Below are positions 1 to 10,628 of a DNA stretch of 64,000 nucleotides, piece by piece. The translations under genes were made by a program, and so were the position numbers. How positions within the stretch are numbered: the stretch's first letter is position 1; each line of letters starts with the position of its first letter. The stretch is from Terriglobia bacterium (GTDB lineage: Bacteria; Acidobacteriota; Terriglobia; 20CM-2-55-15), in contig CBDAOY010000006.1 of the NCBI GenBank assembly GCA_965198225.1, forward strand, positions 608,001 to 672,000, written 5' to 3'. The notes below the pieces were generated by a model, which worked only from the letters and a program-made list of their open reading frames with translations, did no database searches and was not told the origin of the DNA.

Positions 1-1251
1 AGCTTCGTGACCACCAAAGGGTTGACTTCGGAGAGCGGCACGGCGACCGCGCAGTTCATCAATCACCGCCCAGGTGTCATTTGTCGCACCCTCGCGGATG
101 CCGCCCATGTTCTCGATGCCATAAGAAATCCGGAGCGCGGTTACTTCGATTCAAGAGACATGTTCACGGCGATTCCGAAAACCTTCCTATCGAATGAACC
201 ATACGCCCTTTCTATTGTCGATGAAGAGGACCTGGAGGGAGAGGAGCGGCCTCTCGAAGGAATGCGTATCGGCATTGTCCGGGAATACATGGTAAAGCAC
301 ACGCTTAACGACGTCGCGATCAGCGATCAAATCGACAATGAATTCAAGAAAGTTCTACGCGATGAGCTGGGAGCAGAGATCGTTGAATCGGTCGATCCAA
401 AGTATCCCGACGATCCGACCGTGCCGAATCTGCAGTACACCTTCCAGGATGCTTTCCGGGAGATCATCGCATTCAATGCGCCTGAGTATTTCTTTCAAAC
501 TACGGATGGCGATCTGGAGTTTGCCGTCCCCGGCCATGACGTGAGCACGAGGGATTACATGGTTCAATTGGCGCTCGGCGAGGTGCCATTATCGGACAAG
601 TTGAATATGCGCCGCATCCTCTCCGGCTTCGACAATACTCAGCGCACTGCATTCAGCGTGGACAAATATCTGCGTGAAAGAGGCGATACCAAAGTAACGG
701 ATTGGGCGAGTTATGTCGCCAACTCGAAATGGCGATCTGAATCACAAGCAGTCGGAGCCCAGAATGCGGCGGAGCGGAATGTGCAAGACATTCGCGCAAC
801 ACGAGGGATCGACCGTGTAAAAATGCAGTCCGTATTCAGGCTTGCGGTTCTCAAGGTGATGCACGAAAACGATATCGACGTGTTCGTGCATCCGAACGTC
901 GGCGTCCCTCAATGGAAGATCGGGATCGATCGTGAACCTACGGTCGACAACCGAAGGGCCGCCGGACCCGCGATCACCGACCTGTTGGGAGTTCCTGAGA
1001 TTATCGTTCCGGCCGGCTATAACCAAATCGTCTACGAGCCGCGCTATGTTTTAAGCGAAGACAAGAGGAGCTACTCATTGGTCACCGGCACGGTCGAGTC
1101 GACGCTCCCTCATCCAATGCCGATCAGCATTAACTTCTGGGCCGGTCCGGGCGACGAGGCAACGGTTTTGAAGGCCGCTTCGGCCTATGAAGCTGCGACC
1201 AAACACCGGGTCCCGCCGCCGGCGTTTGGACCACTCCCAGACGAGCCTTGA
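1..1251 (+). CDS. Amidase signature family protein, C-terminal part (5' end outside window)
   Basis: Frame is open from base 1. 'RPGVICRTLADAAHVLDAI', 'PLEGMRIGIV' and C-terminal 'PISINFWAGPGDEATVLKAASAYEAATKHRVPPP' are typical of amidases. Confidence 0.85.
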   Translation, partial: SFVTTKGLTSESGTATAQFINHRPGVICRTLADAAHVLDAIRNPERGYFDSRDMFTAIPKTFLSNEPYALSIVDEEDLEGEERPLEGMRIGIVREYMVKHTLNDVAISDQIDNEFKKVLRDELGAEIVESVDPKYPDDPTVPNLQYTFQDAFREIIAFNAPEYFFQTTDGDLEFAVPGHDVSTRDYMVQLALGEVPLSDKLNMRRILSGFDNTQRTAFSVDKYLRERGDTKVTDWASYVANSKWRSESQAVGAQNAAERNVQDIRATRGIDRVKMQSVFRLAVLKVMHENDIDVFVHPNVGVPQWKIGIDREPTVDNRRAAGPAITDLLGVPEIIVPAGYNQIVYEPRYVLSEDKRSYSLVTGTVESTLPHPMPISINFWAGPGDEATVLKAASAYEAATKHRVPPPAFGPLPDEP

Positions 1252-1423
1252 TCATCAAGGGAGACGCGATCGAAATCGTAAGCAACTTGCTCGTACGGAG
1301 TCAGCGCATCTTTCTTCCTTTTGAATCATGATTTTGCGAATGGCGCCACGACTTGCACGCCGTCTCACTTGGGTTCACCTTTCCGTGTAGTGACCTGTTA
1401 CAGGTCACTAGCTAGCTATAGCT

Positions 1424-1452
1424 AGGCGGCACGACTATACGTCCACGTGGAT
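1424..1452. repeat. Junction palindromic site, right half (CGACTATACG-TCCAC-GTGGAT)
   Basis: Matches the right arm of the ~40-bp site family. About 55 nt at 1432-1488 also resembles 12858-12913. Confidence 0.7.
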
Positions 1453-1518
1453 TGAAACAGTCTGGCGAATCGGAGAGTCTGCGGCGGGTCAATGGTTGTC
1501 AGGCTTCGATCTGAGCGG

Positions 1519-2892
1519 TCAGCGACCTTGGCGGTGGAGAACCGTTGAATCGCCGAGCGGCGGGTACATCGCAGGCGGTCGGTCGAAGTCGACCCACTCG
1601 ACGTCGGCCCAAAGCACGTACTCGGGGCGCTCACTGGGGTCGACGAAGATCAGCATTCCGGCATTCCCCTCGCCGAGGTCGCCGGTGCGTTCGAGTTGCA
1701 GCTCCTCGCCGCTATGGAGGATCACCCTGGCACGCTGGGCGCCGCGCTCTTCGCGGCCGGAGGGGAAGATCGAGGCGATCAGGCCGAAGGGGATGGTGTA
1801 ATTCACGCCCTCGGATGGGGCGTCGAGCGTCTCGGTGGTCTCGCTCTCGTCGAGGTCGTAGACCAGCCGGCCGGCGAGGCGGCGGCCGGCGCGGGTGGTG
1901 ACGCTGCCCGTGAGCGGGCGCCCCGGCGGGAAGTCGCCGAAGGCGGGGCCGCTGCCGCCGGGACTGAAGTCGACGCGTTCGAAGGCGTCCCAGGAAATCA
2001 GCACCCGGCCGTAGCGTCTGTCGTCGACGTAGATCCCGAGGTTGCCCTGCCCGACTTCGCGGGTGCCGGAGAGGACGATCTCGCGGCCGTCGAGGAGCGT
2101 CACGAGGGAGCTGTCGCGCGAGTTGCGCGCGATGGCGCCGATGATGTCGAAACGAAGGTTGAGCTCACCGTCGGCGGTGTAGCCGTCGAGCTCGTCCGTA
2201 CCGACGCACTCGTTCCGGTTCCACTGGACAAATCCGGTGAAGTCGCCCCCCCGCGTGCGCACCGTACCGTGCAGCCGGTCGGGGGCGGCGTCCAGTCGGG
2301 CGGTGGGGAGTAGCTCGATGCTGCGGATCCGCCACTCGTCGAAGTCCACAACGCCGCGCCTGGGGTCCCACACTCGCACGCCGTCGGCGAGGTCGTCGGA
2401 GGAGAAGCGGTCGAGGTCGAACACGGTTCCGCTCTTGAGAGTCACCCGGAAGTCGCGGCCGCGCGCCTCGATGCGCGCGATGTCGCCGAAGCGCCCCATG
2501 AAGGGCCGGCCGAGGTCTATCTGGCGCTCCTGGCTGACGATCTGGACCCCGAAGATCTTGATCGAGCGGCGCTCCTTGAGCTGCTCGGGCGGCGCGTGGG
2601 GGACCCAGGGATTCTCGTCCTTGAAGCCGTTGAAATAGTCGCCCCAGAACGCCTCCTCGTCGCCCCCCCAGCGCAGCCGCCCCTGGTAGGTGGCGCCGTC
2701 ATCGGTGGTGATGCGGCCGTAGAGGAAGCCCTGCTGGGCCTCCGAGGCCGCCGCCGCGGTCGGGGGGAGGGCCGCGGGCACGGTGGCCACCCCGGGGTCG
2801 ACGTCCTGCTCGCGGTCCCGGCGGCCGGTGGCCAGGACGAGGAGGACGAGCACGATGGCGAGGGCCCCCCCGGCGATCGTGGCTCTCTTCAT
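1519..2892 (-). CDS. Membrane-anchored or secreted hypothetical protein with three internal repeats
   Basis: 457 aa with an N-terminal hydrophobic helix. Repeats begin LYGRITTDDGATYQGRLRW / LHGTVRTRGGDFTGFVQW / LTGSVTTRAGRRLAGRLVY. Confidence 0.8.
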   Translation of the reverse strand: MKRATIAGGALAIVLVLLVLATGRRDREQDVDPGVATVPAALPPTAAAASEAQQGFLYGRITTDDGATYQGRLRWGGDEEAFWGDYFNGFKDENPWVPHAPPEQLKERRSIKIFGVQIVSQERQIDLGRPFMGRFGDIARIEARGRDFRVTLKSGTVFDLDRFSSDDLADGVRVWDPRRGVVDFDEWRIRSIELLPTARLDAAPDRLHGTVRTRGGDFTGFVQWNRNECVGTDELDGYTADGELNLRFDIIGAIARNSRDSSLVTLLDGREIVLSGTREVGQGNLGIYVDDRRYGRVLISWDAFERVDFSPGGSGPAFGDFPPGRPLTGSVTTRAGRRLAGRLVYDLDESETTETLDAPSEGVNYTIPFGLIASIFPSGREERGAQRARVILHSGEELQLERTGDLGEGNAGMLIFVDPSERPEYVLWADVEWVDFDRPPAMYPPLGDSTVLHRQGR

Positions 2893-3034
2893 GGTCAGTC
2901 AGCCCTCCCGCAGAAGACACGAGTCTCCTGCCGTGTTGTCGGCATACCTCCCTAACGCTCGGGGCGGCGGAAGATTACGCTGGGATGGCCAACTTCGCCA
3001 TCTCGGCTGACGTTCCAACCCGCATGATGGCTGT

Positions 3035-4429
3035 TCACTGGAGTTCTTGTCCGATCGCGACCAGGTTCGCGCTCGTGCGGAAGTAGAGAACCCCCTGCGA
3101 AATCGCCGGAGTTGCAAAGCACGGGCCGCCAATGCTGTTTCGTGCGAGCAGCTTGAAAACCGGACCGGCCTCGAGCACGTACACGTAGCCGTTTTCAGAT
3201 GCGCAGAACACCTTGCCGTCCGCCGCCACCAGCGACGAGACGATCGCCGCGCCCGGGTCCAGTCGCTTCTCGTACATCCGTTCTCCCGACTTTGCGTCGA
3301 AGCATCTCACGACACCGGTTTCGTAGCCGAAGTAGATGTAGTCGCCGTATACGACCGGTGTCGAAAGGTAGGAGCCGCCCCGCGTCGCGTGCCACAGGAT
3401 CGAATTCGATATCCTGGCCCGCGGCGTCGGTGTAATGTCCCCGTGCGCGTCGGGATGCACGACGAATATGGGCGATGAGCTTCCGTGCGAGCTGGTAATG
3501 TAGATCCAACCGTTCGCCACAAACGGGGTCGGCACAGGATTGTCGCCCCCACCTCGAAGGCGCCAGAGCTCCTGGCCCGTCTCCAGATCGTAGGACACGA
3601 TCCACGGCCAGCCATTTGCGACCACCTGGGTCCTGCCCGGGCCGGCATGAATCAGGGGAGTGCTCCAGCTTCCCCGCTCGCACACGCCCTTTCGGGACGC
3701 TCTCCAAAGCTCCTTACCGTCGGACAGGCGCAGGACGACCAGAAAGGGATCATCCGGATCGTCACACACTAAAGCAACACGATCGTTGTGAATCACGGGC
3801 GAGCTACCGTATCCCCGCCCGACACCGAATACCGTAATGTCGATGACTCCGAGATCGCGGCTCCACAACAGGCGGCCATCCAGATCGTAGCAATACAACC
3901 CTTCCGATCCGAAGAAGGCGACCAGTCGCCGTCCGTCGGTCGCCAGGCTCGTATTGGCGTGGGTCGCCTTCGCGTGGCGGTTTGCGCGTGGTCGTCCGAC
4001 TCGCGCCGACTGTCGCCAGATCTCCCGGCCGGACTTCTTGTCATAGCAAAGCACCACCCAGCTCTGCTCGCCCCTGTCGTCGGCGGCCTCGTTGCTACCT
4101 GTCCAATCCCGACGGTTCACTCCGGCATCACCACCAAGCCTGAGCGGGACCCGGCCGTCCTTGGCGATGGCTGTTAGAAGGAATATCCGCTCGCCCCACA
4201 ACACGGGGCTGGAGTGGCCGAGTCCCGGGATCGGCGACTGCCAGCGAACTCCGGCCACTTCACCGGCCGTTTCATCGACATCCCATGATGTGCGGACTGG
4301 AAACCCGTCCGCCACACCCCGCCCGTTCGGGCCCCGGAATGACGGCCAGTTCTGAATGTCCTCGGTCTCTTGAGCCAAGAGCGGAAGGGCGGCGACGCCC
4401 TGCAGGAATCGTCGTCGGGACAGAAGCAT
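3035..4429 (-). CDS. Tat-exported PQQ-binding-like beta-propeller protein
   Basis: SRRRFLQ twin-arginine signal, 'NWPSFRGPNGRG', 'GHSSPVLWG', repeated Trp-docking motifs. GGAGG RBS upstream of ATG 4429. Confidence 0.9.
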   Translation of the reverse strand: MLLSRRRFLQGVAALPLLAQETEDIQNWPSFRGPNGRGVADGFPVRTSWDVDETAGEVAGVRWQSPIPGLGHSSPVLWGERIFLLTAIAKDGRVPLRLGGDAGVNRRDWTGSNEAADDRGEQSWVVLCYDKKSGREIWRQSARVGRPRANRHAKATHANTSLATDGRRLVAFFGSEGLYCYDLDGRLLWSRDLGVIDITVFGVGRGYGSSPVIHNDRVALVCDDPDDPFLVVLRLSDGKELWRASRKGVCERGSWSTPLIHAGPGRTQVVANGWPWIVSYDLETGQELWRLRGGGDNPVPTPFVANGWIYITSSHGSSSPIFVVHPDAHGDITPTPRARISNSILWHATRGGSYLSTPVVYGDYIYFGYETGVVRCFDAKSGERMYEKRLDPGAAIVSSLVAADGKVFCASENGYVYVLEAGPVFKLLARNSIGGPCFATPAISQGVLYFRTSANLVAIGQELQ

Positions 4430-4563
4430 GCGCTCCTCCACGGTCAGAATGCCAGACGCATGTTACTGGTGAGCGCGTTTTCGTTCAATCACAGTCTGAA
4501 CCCCAGCTGTCCCCAACGGAGACGTCTACCCGGGCTTAGTACAAATTCAACCACCGATCTTGC

Positions 4564-6185
4564 TCATCGGGCGATCAGCATCGTGACCCGATGCGGCTCG
4601 GTGGTGGACGGGTGATGCATGAGGACGTCCTGCCTGCCGTCCTTGTTGAGGTCCGCGAGCCAGGTGTATTCCTCGCGGGGCATGGCGACCGCCACTTTTT
4701 GAGGCCGCCTGGCGAACAGGTCCGGCCCCGGCACGCCGAGAAAGACGCGCAGTTCTTTCCGGCCGCTCCCCACCAACAGGTCCGGGCGTCTGTCGCCGTT
4801 CACATCCCCGATCAGCACTGACGGCAAGAGCGCGGCTCTCTCACCTGACTTTCCGAGAGAGTCCGTCTTGATTTTGCGGGTGGCGTTGGTCTTGTCGGGG
4901 TAGATGCCGCCTTCCATGCGGTAGAACTCGACATCCAGCGATACCGAACGAGTCAGAAGCGCGCCGATAATCATGCGGATGGTCTTAAAGATCCCGATCT
5001 TGATGGTTGTGAACATCATGTCGACCTGGCCGTCGTGGTCGAAGTCGTGCTGACCCATCCCGAACGGGAGGCCGTTCGACTGGATCGCGGTGGCGACGTC
5101 CGGCGCGAACTCGGTGCCGCCGTCGGGTGTTGGCGTGCCGAAATGCACCTCGTAGGTGGAGCGCGCGCTCCACATGCTCACGATCTCCAGCGAGAAAATC
5201 ACGAGGTCGGCGACGCCGTCGCCGTTCATGTCGGTTAGCGAGTGCAGCACCCTCCCCGTCATGTCTCCGGTCGGTTGGTGATCTTTACGCCGGCGGCGAA
5301 CCCCCAGCGGAGCGGCGAGCGAGGCGAGTTCGTCGGAGTCGAATGCCACATCGGTAGTGAAGGTCTTGGCCGCCGGCACAAACAGCCCATGCTCGTCCTG
5401 GTGATGAACCTCGAAGTGATCCTCGTTCCAGAACACCAGGTCACTGCGACCATCCCGGTTATAGTCCATCTCATGGACACCGCCCTGATCCCAGGGGTTG
5501 TGTCGATATCCGTCGATTCCGACGGTCGTACGCCTGGAGGGGCCGATCTTCACCGGATCGGCGAACGCGCCATCGCTCGTCTGAACGAACACCCAGAAGC
5601 CATCGACGTCCGGCACCACCAGGTCGTCGCGCTCGTCGTGGTTCACGTCCCGAGTGATATCTACATGGGAGATTCCGTCTCGGGGAGGTGGGTTGAAGTT
5701 GGAAGTCACCGCCACCAGCGCGCGTTGGGTCGCCGTTTCGGGATCGAACCAGTTCAAGCGGCCGGACTCGTAGGTGACCAACCGTCGCGGCCGCCAATGT
5801 TGGCGACGTCGATGAACAACACTTCGAGACCGAGCGTTCGTTCGAGTGCCGGCACCCACGTGCCGTCGTCGAAAACGTAGATGCGCAAGCGGCGGTCGTC
5901 GTTCTCGTCGATGTTCAACACGGCAAGGTCCGCGAAGGCACCACCGAGAAGGAATCCCGTCAGAACGGTCTGGTGTTTCGCGGAGCCGATGACGACCTCG
6001 TACTGTTCGAAAGTGAATTCCGGGACCCCAGGCGGGTCCATCACATTCGTCCGCGCTGACATGCATCCAGAGAGGAACACTCCAACAACCAGTGTGGAGA
6101 ACAGGCTTCGTCGATATGTAGGAATAACCTGATTGATCCTGATGGCACGATCCCAGAGAGCTGGTCGATCCGTCATGTCCATCAC
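4564..6185 (-). pseudogene. FG-GAP/VCBS-repeat lipoprotein, frameshifted at ~5785
   Basis: The N-part (lipobox LSGC) and the C-part (DxNxDGxxDL repeats) lie in different frames. Adding one C (GACGG to GACCGG) gives ...IGGRDRLVTYESG. Could be a sequencing error. Confidence 0.8.
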
Positions 6186-6344
6186 CTCACCCCCGCACTC
6201 TACGCTTTGGCCGCGGGAGCAGAGCCCCGACTATTCCAGTTTTTCGACTGTCACAAACGGGTCGGGATTATTGGGAGGCCGCGGAAATGACGCTCCAATG
6301 GATCTGGCCGACGGCCGGAGAGATCGCCCATGAAGATCTGGCTG

Positions 6345-6470
6345 TGGCGTCGATAGAATGATTCGTCTCCGTCTTAGACCAAAAGGGCACTACGCCTCCT
6401 TGCTGTTTTATCTGGTGCGTCTCGCCTGTTGGAGGAAACGGCCGCACGTGAATCTGGCCCTCAGCCTCGC
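6345..6470 (-). pseudogene. Fragment of a TolB/PD40 propeller, as found in Ser/Thr kinase-TolB proteins
   Basis: Reads EGQIHVRPFPPTGETHQIKQQGGVVPFWS, then DGDESFYRR in a shifted frame. Confidence 0.6.
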
Positions 6471-6964
6471 CTGCCTGACCAAGGTCGTAGCCAGTGAAGA
6501 TCCGGCGGTCATGATGAAACTCTGGCCGATCGTCAAAACAAACGGGGATCGTCAGGGCCGGGGGCAAGCGGCACGGCGGAGGGTGATTTTCCTTGGCGGC
6601 CGTCCCTGAGATCCGCCTATAATCCGCTGGCGTGACTCTGAGAGGTCAATACATCAGACCGTTAGTCGAAGTTCGACAACCTTGGCCGATCGTCGCGAAG
6701 GGAGGGCCGATGATTTTCCTATCCACCCGCTGGATTCAACTTCAGCCATGTCGTCGCCACGGACGTCTTCATCACGGAGGTCGACCAGTTCGGTGCGATG
6801 AACTCCGCCTACCGACCTCGATTTCAGAACGACCCGCCCGTACGAGCCACCGTCGGGGTCGACCGGCTGGCGAACGGCAACGAGCTCGCCAAAATCATGC
6901 TCGTGCGAGGAACGAGCGACGTTCCCCAGAGCTCGACTTCTTCGGCCTGGCCGGAAAGGACGCC

Positions 6965-9568
6965 ATGACTCGGTACGCCCGTTTCCTCATCCTCCTGCTA
7001 GCCGTGAGTGCGTTTCCGCTGAATCTCGAAGCCCAGGAAAGAACGGGTCAGGCCTTGACTCAGGCCGCTGGTCCCGTCACGACTGCGAACTACGATCTGG
7101 CTGGGCGCTTCGCTCCATACAAGATCGACCGCCTCATCTACAGCACGGCGGTTGAGCCGCACTGGATCGACGGCAGTGATCGGTTCTGGTACGAGTGGGA
7201 GACCTCGGCCGGTAAGAGCTACTACCTCGTCGACCCGGCACGCGGCACGAAGGCCGCCATCTTCGACAACGACCGAATCGCGGCCGAACTGACTCGCTTG
7301 ACGAAAGATCCATGGGACGGCCAGCACCTGCCGATCCGGAGCATCACGTTCATCGACGCGGACACGCTGCAATTCGAAGTCGAGTCGTCCCAGGATGCGG
7401 AAGAGGAGGAATCCGAGACGGACGAGACTGATCAGGAACAGCAGCAGGAAGAGGATGAAGGGGACGCCGACGAGGAGCGGGCGAAGAAGCATCTGTTCCA
7501 CTTCGAGTACGACATCAACGGCCGGACCCTTCGCCTGCTCGAGGATTGGGAAGAGCCCGACGACCATCCGGACTGGGCGAGCGTGTCACCCGACGGTCAG
7601 ACGGTAGTCTTCGCTCGCAACGACAACCTCTTCATGATGAGTGGGGACTCCTACCAGCAGATCCTCGACGCTCGGCGTGGCAAGGATGGTGATGACGCGG
7701 ACGAGGCGGACCAGGCCGTCGAGGTGGAGGAGATCCAGCTGACGACCGACGGCGAGCAGTACTACAGCTACGCCGACTTCGAGCGGGGCGACACCGACAA
7801 GGAACGGGAGAAGACGAAGGACGAGCGGAAGGAGGTCGCGATCTCGTGGTCGCACGATTCCGGTCGCTTCGCCATCGTCCGGCGTGATCAGCGAGAGACG
7901 GAGGATCTCTGGGTCATCCATTCGGTCGGTAACCGCCGGCCCGAGCTCGAGACGTACCGGTACGACATGGCTGGGGAGGAGAACATCACGCAGAGGGAGC
8001 TGGGCGTCTACGACCTCGCGACACGCCAGATGGTCGCGGTAGACGTGGCCAAGTTCAAGGACCAGAACATTGCGCTTTGGAACGCCCGGAAGTTCGTGTA
8101 TCCGGACCGCCACGAGCCTGAACGAAACCTCTGGCTGTCGGACGACCCGAACGAAGTGCACTTCTGGCGGCAGAGTCGCGATCGACACCGACTCGAGGTC
8201 GCCGTGGCGGACGCAACGACCGGTGAGGTGCGCGTACTCTTCGAGGAAGAGCTCAACACCTACGTGGAGATCCAGCGGCTCGAACGTCTCACTTCGGGCG
8301 ATCTGATCTGGTGGTCGGAGCGGGACGGCTGGTCGCATCTCTACCTCTACGGCTCGGACGGGACCCTCAAGACTCGGTTGACCGAAGGACCCTGGGGTGT
8401 GCGACGGGTCCACGGGATCGACGAAGCGGCCGGGGTCGTGTACTTCTCGGCGAACGCTCGAGAGGCCGCCGAAGACCCCTACTACCAGCATCTGTACAGC
8501 GTGAACCTCGATGGCGACGACCTGAAGCTACTCGATCCCGGAGACTTCGACCATCGAGTCGAGATGGGGGAGTCCAGCCGGTTCTTCGTCGACAACTACT
8601 CCAGGGTGAACACGACGCCGAGCGCGGCGCTGATCGGCGCCGACGGCACGAAGGTGCTCGATCTCGAAGCGGCCGACTTCAGCCAGCTCGAGGCGGCGGG
8701 GTATCAGTTCCCTGAGCCGTACAGCATCAAGGCGGCCGATCGCGTGACCGACCTGTACGGCGTCATGTACAAACCGTTCGACTTCGACCCGTCGAGGAAG
8801 TATCCGATCATCGAATTCGTCTATCCCGGTCCGCAGACCGAATCGGTCTCGAAGTCGTTCTCGACGAATCGCTACGAAACCGCCCTCGCACAGTTCGGCT
8901 TCATCGTCGTGACCATCGGAAACCGCGGCGGACATCCTGCGCGCTCGAAGTGGTACCACAACTACGGCTACGGCAACTTGCGTGATTACGGCCTGGCGGA
9001 CAAGAAGGCGGCCATCGAGCAGCTCGCCGACCGCCACGACTTCATCGACGCGGACCGCGTGGGCATCTATGGACACTCTGGCGGGGGGTTCATGTCGACC
9101 GCCGCGATGCTCGTCTATCCGGACCTTTTCAAGGTTGCTGTGTCGTCGTCCGGGAACCACAACAACGACGTCTACAACACCTTCTGGTCGGAGAAGCACG
9201 ATGGCGTCAAGGAGGTCGTGGGAGAGGACGGCGAGATCAGCTTCGAGTACGACATCGACAAGAACACGGATCTTGCCCAAAACCTCAAGGGGCACCTCCT
9301 GCTGACGACGGGCGACATCGACAACAACGTGCATCCGGTCGGCACGCTAAGGATGGCCGAGGCGCTCATCAAGGCGAACAAGCGCTTCGACTTCTTCATC
9401 TTCCCCGGCGTGCGGCACAGCTACCGGGAGATGGGTGACTACTGGTTCTGGCTCCGGGCGGAGTACTTCGTCGAGCACCTGCTGGGCGACTTGCAATGGG
9501 ATCCGGACATTGCTCAACTCAACTTGATGAAGGGCGATCCGCCGGTCGGGACGAACGGGCCGCGATGA
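6965..9568 (+). CDS. S9B dipeptidyl peptidase IV-like serine peptidase, secreted
   Basis: Signal peptide, GHSGGG nucleophile motif, DNNVH, and a His in GVRHSY. GGAAAGGA RBS upstream of ATG 6965. Confidence 0.92.
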   Translation: MTRYARFLILLLAVSAFPLNLEAQERTGQALTQAAGPVTTANYDLAGRFAPYKIDRLIYSTAVEPHWIDGSDRFWYEWETSAGKSYYLVDPARGTKAAIFDNDRIAAELTRLTKDPWDGQHLPIRSITFIDADTLQFEVESSQDAEEEESETDETDQEQQQEEDEGDADEERAKKHLFHFEYDINGRTLRLLEDWEEPDDHPDWASVSPDGQTVVFARNDNLFMMSGDSYQQILDARRGKDGDDADEADQAVEVEEIQLTTDGEQYYSYADFERGDTDKEREKTKDERKEVAISWSHDSGRFAIVRRDQRETEDLWVIHSVGNRRPELETYRYDMAGEENITQRELGVYDLATRQMVAVDVAKFKDQNIALWNARKFVYPDRHEPERNLWLSDDPNEVHFWRQSRDRHRLEVAVADATTGEVRVLFEEELNTYVEIQRLERLTSGDLIWWSERDGWSHLYLYGSDGTLKTRLTEGPWGVRRVHGIDEAAGVVYFSANAREAAEDPYYQHLYSVNLDGDDLKLLDPGDFDHRVEMGESSRFFVDNYSRVNTTPSAALIGADGTKVLDLEAADFSQLEAAGYQFPEPYSIKAADRVTDLYGVMYKPFDFDPSRKYPIIEFVYPGPQTESVSKSFSTNRYETALAQFGFIVVTIGNRGGHPARSKWYHNYGYGNLRDYGLADKKAAIEQLADRHDFIDADRVGIYGHSGGGFMSTAAMLVYPDLFKVAVSSSGNHNNDVYNTFWSEKHDGVKEVVGEDGEISFEYDIDKNTDLAQNLKGHLLLTTGDIDNNVHPVGTLRMAEALIKANKRFDFFIFPGVRHSYREMGDYWFWLRAEYFVEHLLGDLQWDPDIAQLNLMKGDPPVGTNGPR

Positions 9569-9737
9569 GCGGCTCCTTCTCGTGTCGATCGGTCGCTCGG
9601 AAGAGGGGCTTGTCGACGAGATGCACTTTTCCGTATCGTCGACTTGAACGAAGCCGCTGGCGCGGCGGACGCTACGCGTGTGCTGAGCGAAGAGTGATGA
9701 GCCCCCGATAGAGTGTGAGCCTCACAAGGAGGCTCAC

Positions 9738-10628
9738 ATGACGAAGCTGCGACAACGGATGCTGGAGGAACTCCAGCGCCGGAACTACTCACCCGCTACG
9801 ATTCGGCTGTATCTTCACGCGGTCGAAGACTTCGCCCGCTACTTCGGGAAGTCCCCCGACAAGCTCGAACAGGAACAGATGCGGCAGTACCAGCTGCATC
9901 TGCTTCAGGAGCGCAAGCTCGCTGTCGACACCATCATCGGACGGATCGCCGCACTCCGGTTCTTCTACGTGAAGGTGCTTCGCCGTCCCTATCACCAGGT
10001 CGATCTGGTCTATCCGAAACAGCCGTCCCGGTTGCCCACGATTCTGAGCGAAGAGGAAGTGGCGCAACTGCTGGCCTCCGCCAACAGTGCCTATCACTTC
10101 GTCATCCTGATGACCTTGTATTCGACGGGACTGCGGCGGGCCGAGCTGTGTCGTCTGAAGGTCGAGGACGTCGATAGCGAACGCATGGTGATCCATGTGA
10201 GGCAGGGTAAAGGCAATCGCGACCGCGACGTGCCGCTGTCACCGAAACTGCTGGAAGTCCTGCGCGACTACTGGCGTTGGCGGAAACCCGGCGAGTACCT
10301 CTTCCCCAGTTTGCTCCGGACCCGGCCCGGACAGCCCATCGATGTGAAGACGGTTTGGTACGCCGTCCAACAAGCCGCCCAACGTGCCGGCATCAAAAAG
10401 AAAGTATCCCCACATACGCTGCGCCACAGCTGGGCCACCCACCTGCTGGAGAGGGGAACCGACCTGCGAACCATCCAGCTCCTGTTGGGTCATGTCGATC
10501 TGGAAGCGACGACCCTCTATCTCCATTTGTCTCAGGCGCACATGCAGCGCGTGGTGAACCCGATCGATTCTCTTCCGGTTCCCGATCTGGGACCGTCTCC
10601 CCGTCTGAGAAAGAAGAAAGGCGAATGA
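9738..10628 (+). CDS. Tyrosine recombinase/integrase
   Basis: YSTGLRRAE, GKGNRDR, HTLRH, LLGH and catalytic Y in TTLY. Integron-integrase-like N-terminal domain. Confidence 0.95.
   Translation: MTKLRQRMLEELQRRNYSPATIRLYLHAVEDFARYFGKSPDKLEQEQMRQYQLHLLQERKLAVDTIIGRIAALRFFYVKVLRRPYHQVDLVYPKQPSRLPTILSEEEVAQLLASANSAYHFVILMTLYSTGLRRAELCRLKVEDVDSERMVIHVRQGKGNRDRDVPLSPKLLEVLRDYWRWRKPGEYLFPSLLRTRPGQPIDVKTVWYAVQQAAQRAGIKKKVSPHTLRHSWATHLLERGTDLRTIQLLLGHVDLEATTLYLHLSQAHMQRVVNPIDSLPVPDLGPSPRLRKKKGE

Noticed and set aside
4501-4545. Further possible junction sites (also 15160-15200, 30106-30140, 35044-35083)
   Set aside because: Too degenerate to separate from chance without a profile search.
6632-6964. 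Long N-terminal extensions in the ORF track (also 55565-56473, 10277-10624, 42219-42629)
   Set aside because: Downstream starts have better RBS, signal peptide or family N-termini, and several of the extensions overlap other genes.
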